Counted from the stretch's first letter, positions 17,239 to 26,287 are shown. The stretch: 32,000 nt of DNA from Nitrosopumilaceae archaeon (GCA_965200155.1 CBDATR010000031.1:11321-43320), one strand, 5' to 3'. The notes: generated by a model not told the origin, from the letters alone. Program-made: numbers and translations.

Positions 17239-18342
17239 ATGAGATCTGGCATTATCCTGTTATTGTGCATCTGTGCGGGATTATCCTCCGTATATGCCAT
17301 ATCATATCATGATACGAAATGGGGTATTGTGGCAGAACCTGTTCTGACTAACCTGGATATACCGTGGGATGCGGAATTCGCAGATGACACACTATTCTTC
17401 ACCACTCGGCACGGTACCCTGTACGTCCTGGAGAACCAGACCACTAATGTGATATTACAGCTGGATGTGGGCGGCGGCGAGGGCGGCATGCTGGGACTGG
17501 CGCTGCATCCGGACTTTGCCGAGAACAGTCTGCTTTACGTGTACTATACCGGCACAGATAACAGGGTGGTACGATACGTCTACGGGAACGGCACGCTAGT
17601 CCATGACTCCGTAATAATACAGGGAATATCCGCGGCATCAAATCACAATGGCGGCCGGGTAGCCTTTGGCCCCGATGACATGCTATATGTCACTACTGGT
17701 GATGCCGGCAACGCCGCACTCTCACAGGATGTGGCATCATTATCCGGCAAGATACTGCGCATGACTCCTGAGGGGGGTGTCCCCGATGACAACCCGATAC
17801 CTGGCTCGCTGGTATACGCGTACGGTCTTCGCAACCCCCAGGGCATGGCCTGGGATTTTAATGGCACCATGTTCGTGACGGATCATGGCCCATCCGGTTT
17901 TTATGGCCGCGCCCATGACGAGATAAACGCTATAGTACCACAGGGAAACTATGGCTGGCCCCATGCCATAGGATCCGATATTATGCCTGACATGATACCG
18001 CCCCTGATACACTCCGGGCAGGATACATGGGCTCCCTCGGGCATGGCATACGTAAGTAATAGTACCATTCCTTCATGGGATGACAAGATACTGTATGGCG
18101 CCCTGCGCGGCCAGCATATTGGTATAGTATCATTGAATGGGAGCTCATATGACAGGGCATTTGAGGGGGACCTGGGCCGTATACGGCACGTATTCCAGCA
18201 TGATAATGGTACCATATATGCCATAACCAGTAACACTGACGGGCGCGGCTCCCCGTCATCGCATGACGACATGATACTAAGATTGTCTATTGGTCAGGCC
18301 CCGGCATGCAATATGCCATCGTGGCTATCCCTTCTGTGCTAG
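17239..18342 (+). CDS. PQQ-dependent sugar (glucose/sorbosone) dehydrogenase-like beta-propeller protein
   Basis: 367 aa with a signal peptide (LLLCICAGLSSVYA). HNGGRVAFGPDDMLYVTTGD and GLRNPQGMAWD are GSDH-family motifs. It starts 3 nt after the preceding gene. Confidence 0.8.
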   Translation: MRSGIILLLCICAGLSSVYAISYHDTKWGIVAEPVLTNLDIPWDAEFADDTLFFTTRHGTLYVLENQTTNVILQLDVGGGEGGMLGLALHPDFAENSLLYVYYTGTDNRVVRYVYGNGTLVHDSVIIQGISAASNHNGGRVAFGPDDMLYVTTGDAGNAALSQDVASLSGKILRMTPEGGVPDDNPIPGSLVYAYGLRNPQGMAWDFNGTMFVTDHGPSGFYGRAHDEINAIVPQGNYGWPHAIGSDIMPDMIPPLIHSGQDTWAPSGMAYVSNSTIPSWDDKILYGALRGQHIGIVSLNGSSYDRAFEGDLGRIRHVFQHDNGTIYAITSNTDGRGSPSSHDDMILRLSIGQAPACNMPSWLSLLC

Positions 18343-19439
18343 GTGACTATGTCGCCCAACCTGTCCTGTGATGCCGCCTGCCTTATCTCCATGGCTATGC
18401 GGCGTCCCACTCCGAAGGTGCGGCCGTACTGATACTTTGTGTATGGGGTGGTGGTGGCCAGTATGGGATTGCCCGGTACCCGCAGGGACACATCATACAC
18501 TACCATCTCCAAATCCTTGGTTATCACGCTTTGCAGGGAGAACGGGCCTATGATTCCGGGATCAAAGTCATTCCTGGCGGCACTGGCAAACTTGTCTCCC
18601 ATGTCAAATATGGTCTCCAGTAATGACTCCCGTACGGACGCGGGGGTATGGCCCACCTCTATATTCTGCAGCTTTATGTCTATCTGGGCCTGCTGGGCCG
18701 CCGGTAATGCATTATAGTCCATTATGTTGGTCTGCAGCCGCCGCTCAATGCCCATAAAGTCTACCATTCCAGTAAGTGGCGAGACAAAATAGTTGAAATT
18801 CATGTACGTGCCAATTACCAACTCCTCAATGCTGGCCCGCTCCAGGCCTTCGCGGTCTATGGTTCCCTTATCAATGGCATCATGGGATTTTTTCGTGTAA
18901 TCCTGATATGATGATACGGTAAAGAAGGCCCGTTCCAGCTGGCGACTCTTCTCCTGCACCTTTACTATACATGGTCCGTCAATGTCCCTGGGATTCTCAT
19001 ATACCCGTGGCAGCCGCAGGCCTGCCCGCCTCAGCATGTAGTATTGCCCTTTTTCTTCTGAGCGCTCCTCGGCCCGGAAGAGGCGCCTATTTCCGAATAT
19101 GGGTACAGCCAGTTCATCTTCCAGTATGTCATATCCAAGGTATACTGCCAGTGACCTGTGGGGGACCAGTATGCACTGAGTGTCGGTCATGTATTTTTGC
19201 TCCTCCACTGTTGCCATGTCTTGGAATCGCTCAAGTACGCGTATCTCGTCTGCTATGCGGGAGAATCGCCGGTATGGTGTCTGGCGGCTCTTTTGGCAGT
19301 ATATTGAGGTCTGAAAATTCTCGTCCTTGGCGCCGTCCGCTATCTCTAAAGCCGAGTGGCTTCCCAGAACGGCTATCCGGGGATTGTCATATGGTGCTGC
19401 AATATTTGCCATTTCGTTGCGCCTTATCATTGGTATCAT
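18339..19439 (-). CDS. purP: 5-formaminoimidazole-4-carboxamide ribonucleotide (FAICAR) synthetase PurP
   Basis: 366 aa. IAVLGSHSALEIADGAKDENF...Y and an ATP-grasp C-terminal half. PurP is an archaeal-type purine enzyme. An alternative start, MANIAAPY, lies at 19409. Confidence 0.85.
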   Translation of the reverse strand: MIPMIRRNEMANIAAPYDNPRIAVLGSHSALEIADGAKDENFQTSIYCQKSRQTPYRRFSRIADEIRVLERFQDMATVEEQKYMTDTQCILVPHRSLAVYLGYDILEDELAVPIFGNRRLFRAEERSEEKGQYYMLRRAGLRLPRVYENPRDIDGPCIVKVQEKSRQLERAFFTVSSYQDYTKKSHDAIDKGTIDREGLERASIEELVIGTYMNFNYFVSPLTGMVDFMGIERRLQTNIMDYNALPAAQQAQIDIKLQNIEVGHTPASVRESLLETIFDMGDKFASAARNDFDPGIIGPFSLQSVITKDLEMVVYDVSLRVPGNPILATTTPYTKYQYGRTFGVGRRIAMEIRQAASQDRLGDIVT

Positions 19440-19489
19440 GTGTTATGATGGGGCATAATTTGATATTTTGCATGTGACTTGTTACTTGC

Positions 19490-19581
19490 GTATGAGTTCA
19501 CCTGTGTCTAAATTTACGCACAACTGATCGCGACAGTTAATGTGATTTGTGCACAAGATTCCGGAAGACGTGAACTCATAC
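19490..19581 (-). mobile_element. MITE-1 copy with 8-bp TSD ttacttgc
   Basis: Full 92-bp match. ttacttgc occurs at 19482-19489 and 19582-19589. It lies in the divergent intergenic region between purP and the 19636 ORF. Confidence 0.95.
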
Positions 19582-19635
19582 TTACTTGCTGTTATAATAC
19601 GTGAGTACTGGACATGTTCCTAGAGTCTATATATC

Positions 19636-19932
19636 ATGAACTCTTATTCTTTTGTGATGCTGGTAGACATGAGGCTGTTGGCCGGTGGCGGTTCCATGCT
19701 GGTTGCAGGACTTGTTCTTACGGGGGTACTGGGCATGATGCAGCCTGCGGGCCAGTCGGGCATGACCGAGGAGCAGATACTGGATTTGCTGGAGCAGGAG
19801 CGACAGAACGAGGATATGAGGATGCTGGCAGGCATACTGGCCGGTGTGGGATTTCTGTTAATACTGGTAAGTTTTGGTGCCCGGCGACGACGCCGGGGCG
19901 GCGCCAAAGAGAGCATCAAAAAGCCCGCATAG
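19636..19932 (+). CDS. Small membrane protein (two predicted TM helices, basic C-terminus)
   Basis: 98 aa. LLAGGGSMLVAGLVLTGVLGMM and LAGILAGVGFLLILVSFG are followed by ARRRRRGG. The two alternative overlapping ORFs lack protein-like composition. Confidence 0.5.
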   Translation: MNSYSFVMLVDMRLLAGGGSMLVAGLVLTGVLGMMQPAGQSGMTEEQILDLLEQERQNEDMRMLAGILAGVGFLLILVSFGARRRRRGGAKESIKKPA

Positions 19933-19942
19933 TCCATGGTGA

Positions 19943-20257
19943 TTGTATCATATGGTAATGGCCGAGATTAGCGTGACTCCGGTGGGTACGGGCCAGACCG
20001 GAGTATCGTTCTATGTTGCCCGGGCCTTGGAGGCAGTATCGAGCATGCCTCATGTACGGTATGAGCTTAACCCCATGGGGACGGTTCTGGAGGCCGATGA
20101 CATAGAACATGTTCTGGATGCCGCCAAGCTTATGGTTACAGTACTGCATAATCTGGGTGTGGCCAGGGTGAGTGTTATAATGAAGATAGACTCCCGGCAG
20201 GACAAGCACGATACCATGTCCGATAAGGTCAAGTCAGTGTACAGGCATATGGGCTAG
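19943..20257 (+). CDS. MTH1187/YkoF-family (DUF77) thiamine-binding-like protein
   Basis: About 100 aa. AEISVTPVGTGQTGVSFYVA...YELNPMGTVLE is the family signature. The start may be at 19952 or 19958. Confidence 0.75.
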   Translation: MYHMVMAEISVTPVGTGQTGVSFYVARALEAVSSMPHVRYELNPMGTVLEADDIEHVLDAAKLMVTVLHNLGVARVSVIMKIDSRQDKHDTMSDKVKSVYRHMG

Positions 20258-21345
20258 AGTTTTTGTATAACGTTGAATTTCGTATCTCTCTGTACGGGTT
20301 CCCTGCTTATCTCGCGCACTATGTCTGCCAGCTCAGTTATGGTGGTGTCTGTGGGCTTGCCTGCTGCCCGGTAAATCTCCTCGGAGAATGCGGTTCCCAC
20401 CAAGTCGTTGCCACCATATGATAGTGATACCTGAGCCAGCTTCTTACCATACGCTACCCAGTATACCGATATGTTGTCCAGTATGCCTGATAGCATTATG
20501 CGGGATACGGCAAGTACCCTCAAGTCGTACATGGCAGAGCACTCCTGAGTGACCAGTCCGTCCTTTTCCAGCTGGGTGTTGTCCAGGCTAAACTTTAGCG
20601 GTATGAACGTGATAAAGCCGCCGGTCTCCTTTTGCAGGTCCCGTATACGTATGAGGTGGTCTATTATGTGGTGGGGCTGTTCAATATGTCCGTATAGCAT
20701 GGTGACATTACTTTGTATGCCCAGCAGGTGTGCCTCCCGTATTGTATCCAGCCACTCCTGGCCGGTGCACTTGCCCCGGACCACCTTGTCCCGTACCTCC
20801 GGGTGAAACAGCTCCGCCCCTCCGCCGGGCATTGTATCCAGGCCCGCCGCTTTGAGTCTGGACAGTATTTCGGTGACGGAATTCTTTGTAAGTTTGGAGA
20901 GGTAGAATATCTCTGCGGCCGTAAATGCCTTGATATTCATGTTGGGATGATTCTTTTTTATTATACGCATCATGTCCTCGTAATAGTCCAGCGGCAGACT
21001 GGGGTGGAACCCGCCCACTATGTGAACTTCTGTAGCGCCCATGCGTTCTGCCATCGATACGTTCTCCTCTATCTGCTGTGGCGTCAGTGTGTATGCGTCC
21101 TCGTCGCCCTTTTTGCGGTAAAAGGCGCACATCTGGCAGCTAGCGGCACAGACGTTGGTATAATTCATGTAGTATGATGAGGTAAAGCTGACACGGTTGC
21201 CTACCTGTCGCTGCCGCACCATGTCTGCAGCAGATCCTAGCATGTGCAAGTCCGCGGACATTAGGTTAATTCCCTCATCATATGACATCTCCTCGCCCTT
21301 GGCTATGCGCTCCCACAACACATCGTGCTCTATAGCCTGTGTCAA
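20254..21345 (-). CDS. Radical SAM enzyme of the MqnC/MqnE/CofH family
   Basis: 363 aa. It has the CxxxCxxC cluster (NVCAASCQMCAF), PGGGAELF, MLYGHIE, GGFITFIPLKF and GGNDLVGT blocks. I cannot tell menaquinone (futalosine) from F420 function by eye. Confidence 0.8.
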   Translation of the reverse strand: MTQAIEHDVLWERIAKGEEMSYDEGINLMSADLHMLGSAADMVRQRQVGNRVSFTSSYYMNYTNVCAASCQMCAFYRKKGDEDAYTLTPQQIEENVSMAERMGATEVHIVGGFHPSLPLDYYEDMMRIIKKNHPNMNIKAFTAAEIFYLSKLTKNSVTEILSRLKAAGLDTMPGGGAELFHPEVRDKVVRGKCTGQEWLDTIREAHLLGIQSNVTMLYGHIEQPHHIIDHLIRIRDLQKETGGFITFIPLKFSLDNTQLEKDGLVTQECSAMYDLRVLAVSRIMLSGILDNISVYWVAYGKKLAQVSLSYGGNDLVGTAFSEEIYRAAGKPTDTTITELADIVREISREPVQRDTKFNVIQKL

Positions 21346-21400
21346 TGTGTGATATCATTGGCGCCGTTGATATATTCCTTGGGCGTCTCTCTCATTCTAG

Positions 21401-21643
21401 TCAGAAAACGGTGACATCGCCAGGCGCGGGCTCGCGACCCTGCGGTACCTGCATGCTACCGTGCTGCTCCTTGATATGCTCTCTTAGAGCATCAAGATCA
21501 GCAAACATCTTGCCACACATGTAGCATCTTGGCCGGTCTTCATCTACTAGAGGCATGACCATGTTTGTGGTTGCCATGATGGGGATTATAACATTATGGT
21601 GGACCATTGCGGTCATGGATAAGTTTGTGCATGCTCGATCCAA
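21401..21643 (-). CDS. Small C2H2 zinc-finger protein
   Basis: C-x2-C-x12-H-x4-H (CYMCGKMFADLDALREHIKEQH). The true start is probably an internal Met (MATTNMVMPL or MVMPL). Confidence 0.55.
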   Translation of the reverse strand: MDRACTNLSMTAMVHHNVIIPIMATTNMVMPLVDEDRPRCYMCGKMFADLDALREHIKEQHGSMQVPQGREPAPGDVTVF

Positions 21644-21680
21644 TGTACTAATTGTTGCTGCAGCTGTGTCCTCTTGATTC

Positions 21681-21900
21681 GTATGAGTTCACGTGTTTTG
21701 ATCATATGATAAGATTGTAATTGACTTGGTACGACAATATTGCGCTTAAACACCAAGTTTGAAATAGAATCTAATGAGTAGGCGTACAACACAATAATAA
21801 ATGGGAGCAGGAAAACCGGCTGCTCCGGGACACCCTTGCGTCCACCAAGAGGAATCTTGCAGATGTGATGAAACGCGTGAAGGTATTGTAATGATATGGC
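21681..21900 (+). mobile_element. Terminal fragment of a diverged IS66-like element
   Basis: Starts with gtatgagttcacgtgttttgatca, as at the 27981 end. It then carries a diverged, frameshifted N-terminus (MSRR..., EQENRLLRDTLASTKRNLADVMKRVKVL versus ELENKLLQDTLAS...HYKERVRVLE). It is cut off at the MITE-1 copy at 21901. Confidence 0.7.
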
Positions 21901-21992
21901 GTATGAGTTCACCTGTGTCTAAATTTACGCATAACTGATCGCGACAGTTAATGTGATTTGTGCACAAGATTCCGGAAGACGTTAACTCATAC
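21901..21992 (-). mobile_element. MITE-1 copy without TSD (junction copy)
   Basis: 92-bp match with one terminal mismatch (gttaactcatac). The flanks gatatggc and agtggggt differ. It joins the IS66-like fragment to an IS630-like remnant. Confidence 0.9.
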
Positions 21993-22680
21993 AGTGGGGT
22001 TGCTCCAACAAAAAGTCATCCCCCATCCACATGAATTATGTATGAGTTCACCTGTGTCTAAATTTACGTATAACTGATCGCGACAGTTAATGTGATTTGT
22101 GCACAAGATTCCGGAAGACGTGAACTCATACTGAATTATGATTCAATGGAAGACGTGAAAAAATGGAGGCAAGAAATGTCAGAAAAGGTTGCACGTTACA
22201 TAAAGATGGATTATGCCATTGTTACCCAGGATGAATCCCATTTCAAGACCGAGAGATTATCTGCGCGATTCTGGGCCCCTGCAGGCAGGCGCGTACTCAT
22301 GGTATGAACCGGCAGGCGATACTGGTTCTCCATGGCCTGTACCATGATTAATGACGGTAGGGTATTCCTTGATGATTATACGGTCATAGATACAGAGAAT
22401 TTCCTGGATCACATGCATAACAAGGTGGGTAAGATGGTACTATTCGTGGACATGGCACACCTCAAGGAAGGCCAAGGAATTCTTTGCTGATCGGGACATA
22501 ATCGTAATAGAGTATCCGGTTGGACATCCATACCTGAATCCAGTCAAGGAATTCTGTAGCGTACTCAAGAGGGGGATGGATCACTCCCTACGATATTCGG
22601 ATATCAATTACCACAAGTAGGCAGTGTATGATTTCAAAGATGGCCATAAGCTCGATTATGATTTTAACAAATTCTGAAAC
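21993..22680 (+). pseudogene. IS630/Tc1-mariner-like DDE transposase remnant, frameshifted and split by MITE-1
   Basis: AIVTQDESHFKTERLSARFWAPAGRRV, then, in shifted frames, RYWFSMACTMINDGRVF, MVLFVDMA and IIVIEYPVGHPYLNPVKEF. These match the DE...W.P.G / D.A..H / P.SP.LNP.E pattern of IS630-type transposases. Confidence 0.6.
22040..22131 (-). mobile_element. MITE-1 copy with 8-bp TSD tgaattat
   Basis: Full 92-bp match. tgaattat occurs at 22032-22039 and 22132-22139, inside the IS630-like pseudogene. Confidence 0.95.
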
Positions 22681-22890
22681 AGAAAACCAGCTGATGGATT
22701 AATACTACCAATCATGGAATCAGTACGCAAGGGGGAACCCAGTGATCCAAAAACAGAAAAAACGGTTCAAAAAGTGCAGGCGGTGTGGAAAGCACATCCG
22801 TGTCGGCCGGTATAGTACAAAAGGTCAAACTAGGTTACCTACAAAGTAGTTGGTACACTATTTCATGCCACTCTGATCAGGGAATAAGTG

Positions 22891-23088
22891 GTGGATTTTT
22901 GTGCGTGATCGTTCTGGAGGCCCATACATGTACACAGTCATTATACGCCACTAAACTCGTCATGAAGTATTCCATGTCCATAAAGTATGGTAGGGTACAT
23001 TACTTACATCTGCTGATTTAGCCTGTCTGCCATCCCTGTTGTGATATTTTATGGAAAATCACTGCCAAGACTTATGGTGACTGCTATA
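22891..23088 (+). repeat. Unclassified 198-bp repeat (family 4), copy 1
   Basis: About 90% identical to the reverse complement of 31711-31907. The first roughly 30 nt (gtggatttttgtgcgtgatcgtt) also resemble 10960-10990. Confidence 0.7.
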
Positions 23089-23285
23089 TGCTAGCATATC
23101 CTACATATTTGCACTGTGTTTATGTGTAGTTTGTTGAATAACTGAGCTTGCTCTAACTTAGGTCCCCCTGCCGCGATCTAGTTCTCCTAAACTATAGTGT
23201 GCTCCATAAGTCTATGACATGCAAGACGGGGATTGTGTGACGAATATAGGATATGTTGTCCAGAGACTTATGGTGGTCGCTATTT

Positions 23286-23315
23286 GTATGAGTTCACGTC
23301 TTCCGGAATCTTGTG
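23286..23315 (+). mobile_element. MITE-1 left part (nt 1-28/30), split by the IS481-like insertion
   Basis: gtatgagttcacgtcttccggaatcttgtg, then the IS481-like terminus. The outer 8-mer cgctattt (23278-23285) recurs at 24444-24451 after the right part. Confidence 0.9.
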
Positions 23316-24366
23316 TCAATAGTACGAAAAGTAAGTCCGCTTAGGATCCGGCGTACAGTAGTTCAGATTGCACAAACCACGAAAGGCTATGGTAAAGAGA
23401 ATAACAGAGGAATCAATAGTAAGGCAGCGCAAAAGAGGCGTTGCCGCCACCAAAATGTATGAGTTCACGTCTTCCGGAATCTTATGCACAAATCACATTA
23501 ACTGTCGCGATCAGTTATGCGTAAATTTAGACACAGGTGAACTCATACACCAAAATAGCTCAAGACCTGAAACAAGACACGTACGAAGATTGTTAACCAG
23601 AGAACGGGAACGACTCGAGTAAATATGGGCAGGCCCATGATACCAATCACCGCCACCCAGATACGAATGGTAACTGAAGCATAAAGCAAGGACCCCGCCG
23701 GAGTAGTACGTATTGCAAAGAGGCTTAGACAGAATTACAATATATCGCGCAGTATATCGCATAATGAAAAAGAATGGTACGGCAGGCTCATCACCTGCAA
23801 AGTCAGAGTGGGTACGCTATGAGCGTAAATATTCCAATGCAATGTGGCACTGGCATGTCATGAAAGATGAGCGCTTCAGGGGACTGAATCTCATAGATGA
23901 TGTATCCAGGTGTATAGTCGGAGTGGCACTATTCTAGCATGCAACCTCAGAGAACGCCGCTCTATTACTGAGACTGGCAATGAAACGATTCGGTGCCCCT
24001 GCATCTAGGATAACGGCGCGTGTTTCGTAGGACAATAAAAGGGCAAGAAAAGCTGGAAACCCACACTATTCTAGGAAGAACTGGATCAAGACATCATACT
24101 AATCAATTCCAGACCATACTACCCGCAGACAAATGGCAAACTGGAGCGCTTCCATGGAATGATTGAGGACGAGATATGGCATTATGACAGTCTCCGGGAT
24201 TATGTAGACTACTACAATGAGAGAAGGTTGCACTTCTCACTGGATATAGATAACGGCGAAACACCACTCCAAGAATAAAAAGGCGACCCAGACAATTAGA
24301 GCAAATGATACAAAATGGGTGGAGCGGGATGCCAATGACTAGCGGACCGACTTTTCATACATTACA
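23314..24366 (+). mobile_element. IS481-like element copy B (pseudogenised), inserted into a MITE-1 and itself carrying a MITE-1
   Basis: Same termini as copy A. It is flanked by a 13-15 bp direct repeat of MITE-1 sequence (ttccggaatcttg[tg]). The rve reading frame contains stops and frameshifts and a MITE-1 at 23457. Confidence 0.85.
23457..23548 (+). mobile_element. MITE-1 copy with 8-bp TSD accaaaat
   Basis: Full 92-bp match. accaaaat occurs at 23449-23456 and 23549-23556. The equivalent site in copy A (about 12455) is uninterrupted. Confidence 0.95.
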
Positions 24367-24443
24367 TTCCGGAATCTTGTGCACAAATCACATTAACTGT
24401 CGCGATCAGTTGTGTGTAAATTTAGACACAGGTGAACTCATAC
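24367..24443 (+). mobile_element. MITE-1 right part (nt 16-92) of the copy split by IS481-like copy B
   Basis: ttccggaatcttgtgcacaaatc...gtgaactcatac, followed by cgctattt, which matches the left outer flank. Confidence 0.9.
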
Positions 24444-24489
24444 CGCTATTTAGCTTGATAAATCTACGTTTTACCTTCCGTTTGTAGTC

Positions 24490-24845
24490 AATCCATCCGC
24501 CGCGACTGTACGTTTCCAGTTCAGTAAATCATGATCCGGGTTTTATTACGATTGATGCAGGCAACCAGGCCATCACCGTTATCTATGTCAATATCAAGAT
24601 CTTGCATACGCTGGTATATCGTGGAATAGTACGTGGATTTGTATCAGTTCAGCATCCACATAAAAAGTCAGATAGTTGTCGGTATCTCATATTTGTTGTT
24701 GTGTACATCGACGGCAATCATTATCGAGGTGTCCGCGTATTGGAATGGTACACCCTCCTTGTTTTTGCTGGATAAACTGATATCATCATCCCATGGGGGA
24801 TCAGGCCCAAATGCATTCTCGCCTGATGTATTCGTTGTCTGTAGT
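24490..24845 (-). pseudogene. Frameshifted fragment of an unknown protein family, paralogous to 29815-30060
   Basis: The minus strand reads ...SKNKEGVPFQYADTSIMIAVDVHNNKYEI... and, in another frame, YQRMQDLDIDIDNGDGLVACINRNK. This resembles NHNKEGAPYQYTVDMLDDTENGIKYEI and YTDAEEIGIDKGNGMIVGTDKK at 29815-30060. Coordinates are approximate. Confidence 0.35.
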
Positions 24846-25023
24846 TCTAATCAAATTTATTGTAATATTATAATATATTAATACTTTAATCTAAGACCAC
24901 AACTATGCAATGAGGGCGCACAAACTGTTTCTTAGGGGCATGACTTTTACGTAACCTGATTGAGTTATGCAGTAAACTAGTTCACATGCAAAGTCATTTA
25001 AGATACAATGTGTATCAATAAGT

Positions 25024-25785
25024 GTGCAATTAAAGGACAAGGTTTGTGTTGTGACAGGTGCGTCCAGTGACATAGGCGAGGGGATAGTCAAGCGTTTGGT
25101 GGAAGAGGGTGCAAAGGTAGTACTGATCTCACGCAATCACAAGGCAATGGAGGATGTACGCACTCGCGTGGGCGGTATGGAGAGAACTGTATCTATGGTA
25201 TGTGATCTTACCGATGACTCCCAAGTATTACATGCAATAGATCGCATAGTTTCAGAGTATAGCAAAATAGATGTACTTGTGAATAATGCGGGTATGATTA
25301 ATGAGCCAGTACACTTTCATACCATGTCACAATCAATAATAGATTCGCTTATCAATGTAAACATGCTAGGCACGTTCAAGATTACAGGGGCAGTACTACG
25401 TAACATGTCAGAGATGCGGCAAGGTAGTATAGTAAACATAGGATCCGTATCATCAGAAAGAGCTACGCCCAAGGTACATTTAGCGGCCTACAGTTCAACC
25501 AAGGCAGCCATATCCATGTTTACAAAGTCCATAGCAGTGGAGTACGCCCGTCGTAACATCAGGTGTAATTGCATAAATCCTGGAATAATTAAATCGGGCG
25601 TGATAAAACCATACTTGAATGATCCTGCGGCAAGAAGTGTACTAGAGGAAAGGCTACCCATGGGTCGCATAGGCGAGCCATCAGATGTCGCAAACGCAAC
25701 ATTGTTCTTTGCATCAGATGAATCTTCATGGATTACCGGAACCATCCTCAATGTAGATGGCGGACGATCAGCATCCGAGGGTTAG
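25024..25785 (+). CDS. Short-chain dehydrogenase/reductase (FabG-like)
   Basis: 253 aa with a GTG start. TGASSDIGEG (TGxxxGxG), NNAG and YSSTKAA (YxxxK) motifs. Confidence 0.85.
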   Translation: MQLKDKVCVVTGASSDIGEGIVKRLVEEGAKVVLISRNHKAMEDVRTRVGGMERTVSMVCDLTDDSQVLHAIDRIVSEYSKIDVLVNNAGMINEPVHFHTMSQSIIDSLINVNMLGTFKITGAVLRNMSEMRQGSIVNIGSVSSERATPKVHLAAYSSTKAAISMFTKSIAVEYARRNIRCNCINPGIIKSGVIKPYLNDPAARSVLEERLPMGRIGEPSDVANATLFFASDESSWITGTILNVDGGRSASEG

Positions 25786-25896
25786 GCATTCGCTTATCGT
25801 GTACAAATCATACCACTGTTGCTAGTAGCAGGGTATATCTTTAGAGATTGGTGAATTTATACAAGACTTGAAGTATGAGTTTATGTCTACATAGAT

Positions 25897-26205
25897 TAGA
25901 CATTATGCGCATGATTGACAGTAACAGCCCATGTTGCTTCAAACTGGGGTGTATTTTATGACACACAATCAGTCAAGCATGAACAATGTGAGTGGCACCT
26001 GCCAGCACTAACGTATGCCATGATTGCAAATGTCGTATAGTGGGGTGACCGGATCTTGACGTATATCATGAGTGAGCTAAATGGTAACCACAAAACCCAT
26101 TAATTTAGTGGATTTTCTGATGAGTAATATTCGAATTATAATATCACGGAAATTATGGGTAGATATTTTTCAAAAATTTCTTGTACCTGTTATGCTTGTG
26201 CATAA
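25897..26205 (-). mobile_element. IS-A 3' end fragment (terminus plus the last roughly 15 codons of the transposase)
   Basis: tagacattatgcgcatgattgacag... through ...KKFLKNIYP* (reverse complement). It ends where the 5' terminus of IS-A copy 2 begins (tagaccgtatgcgcag at 26206). The MITE-1 target site is empty here. Confidence 0.75.
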
Positions 26206-26287
26206 TAGACCGTATGCGCAGAATCACTTCTCCCACCCTGCACCTCTAAACCAAGTTGTTAGATACGAACAATTGACCTAGTATCAT

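Noticed and set aside
19614-19958. Alternative ORFs 19614-19958 (+) and 19644-19937 (-) overlap the small membrane protein
   Set aside because: Their Gly/Arg/Ala-rich composition follows from the GC-rich TM-coding frame. Only the 19636-19932 frame gives two clean hydrophobic helices plus a basic tail.
22785-23021. ORFs 22785-23021 and 31648-31932 could be a conserved small protein (…KYSMSIKYGRVHYLHLLI)
   Set aside because: The similarity comes from the family-4 DNA repeat. One copy has a stop where the other continues, and the ORF starts lie in unrelated or IS66-like sequence. Coding status is unproven, so only the repeat is reported.
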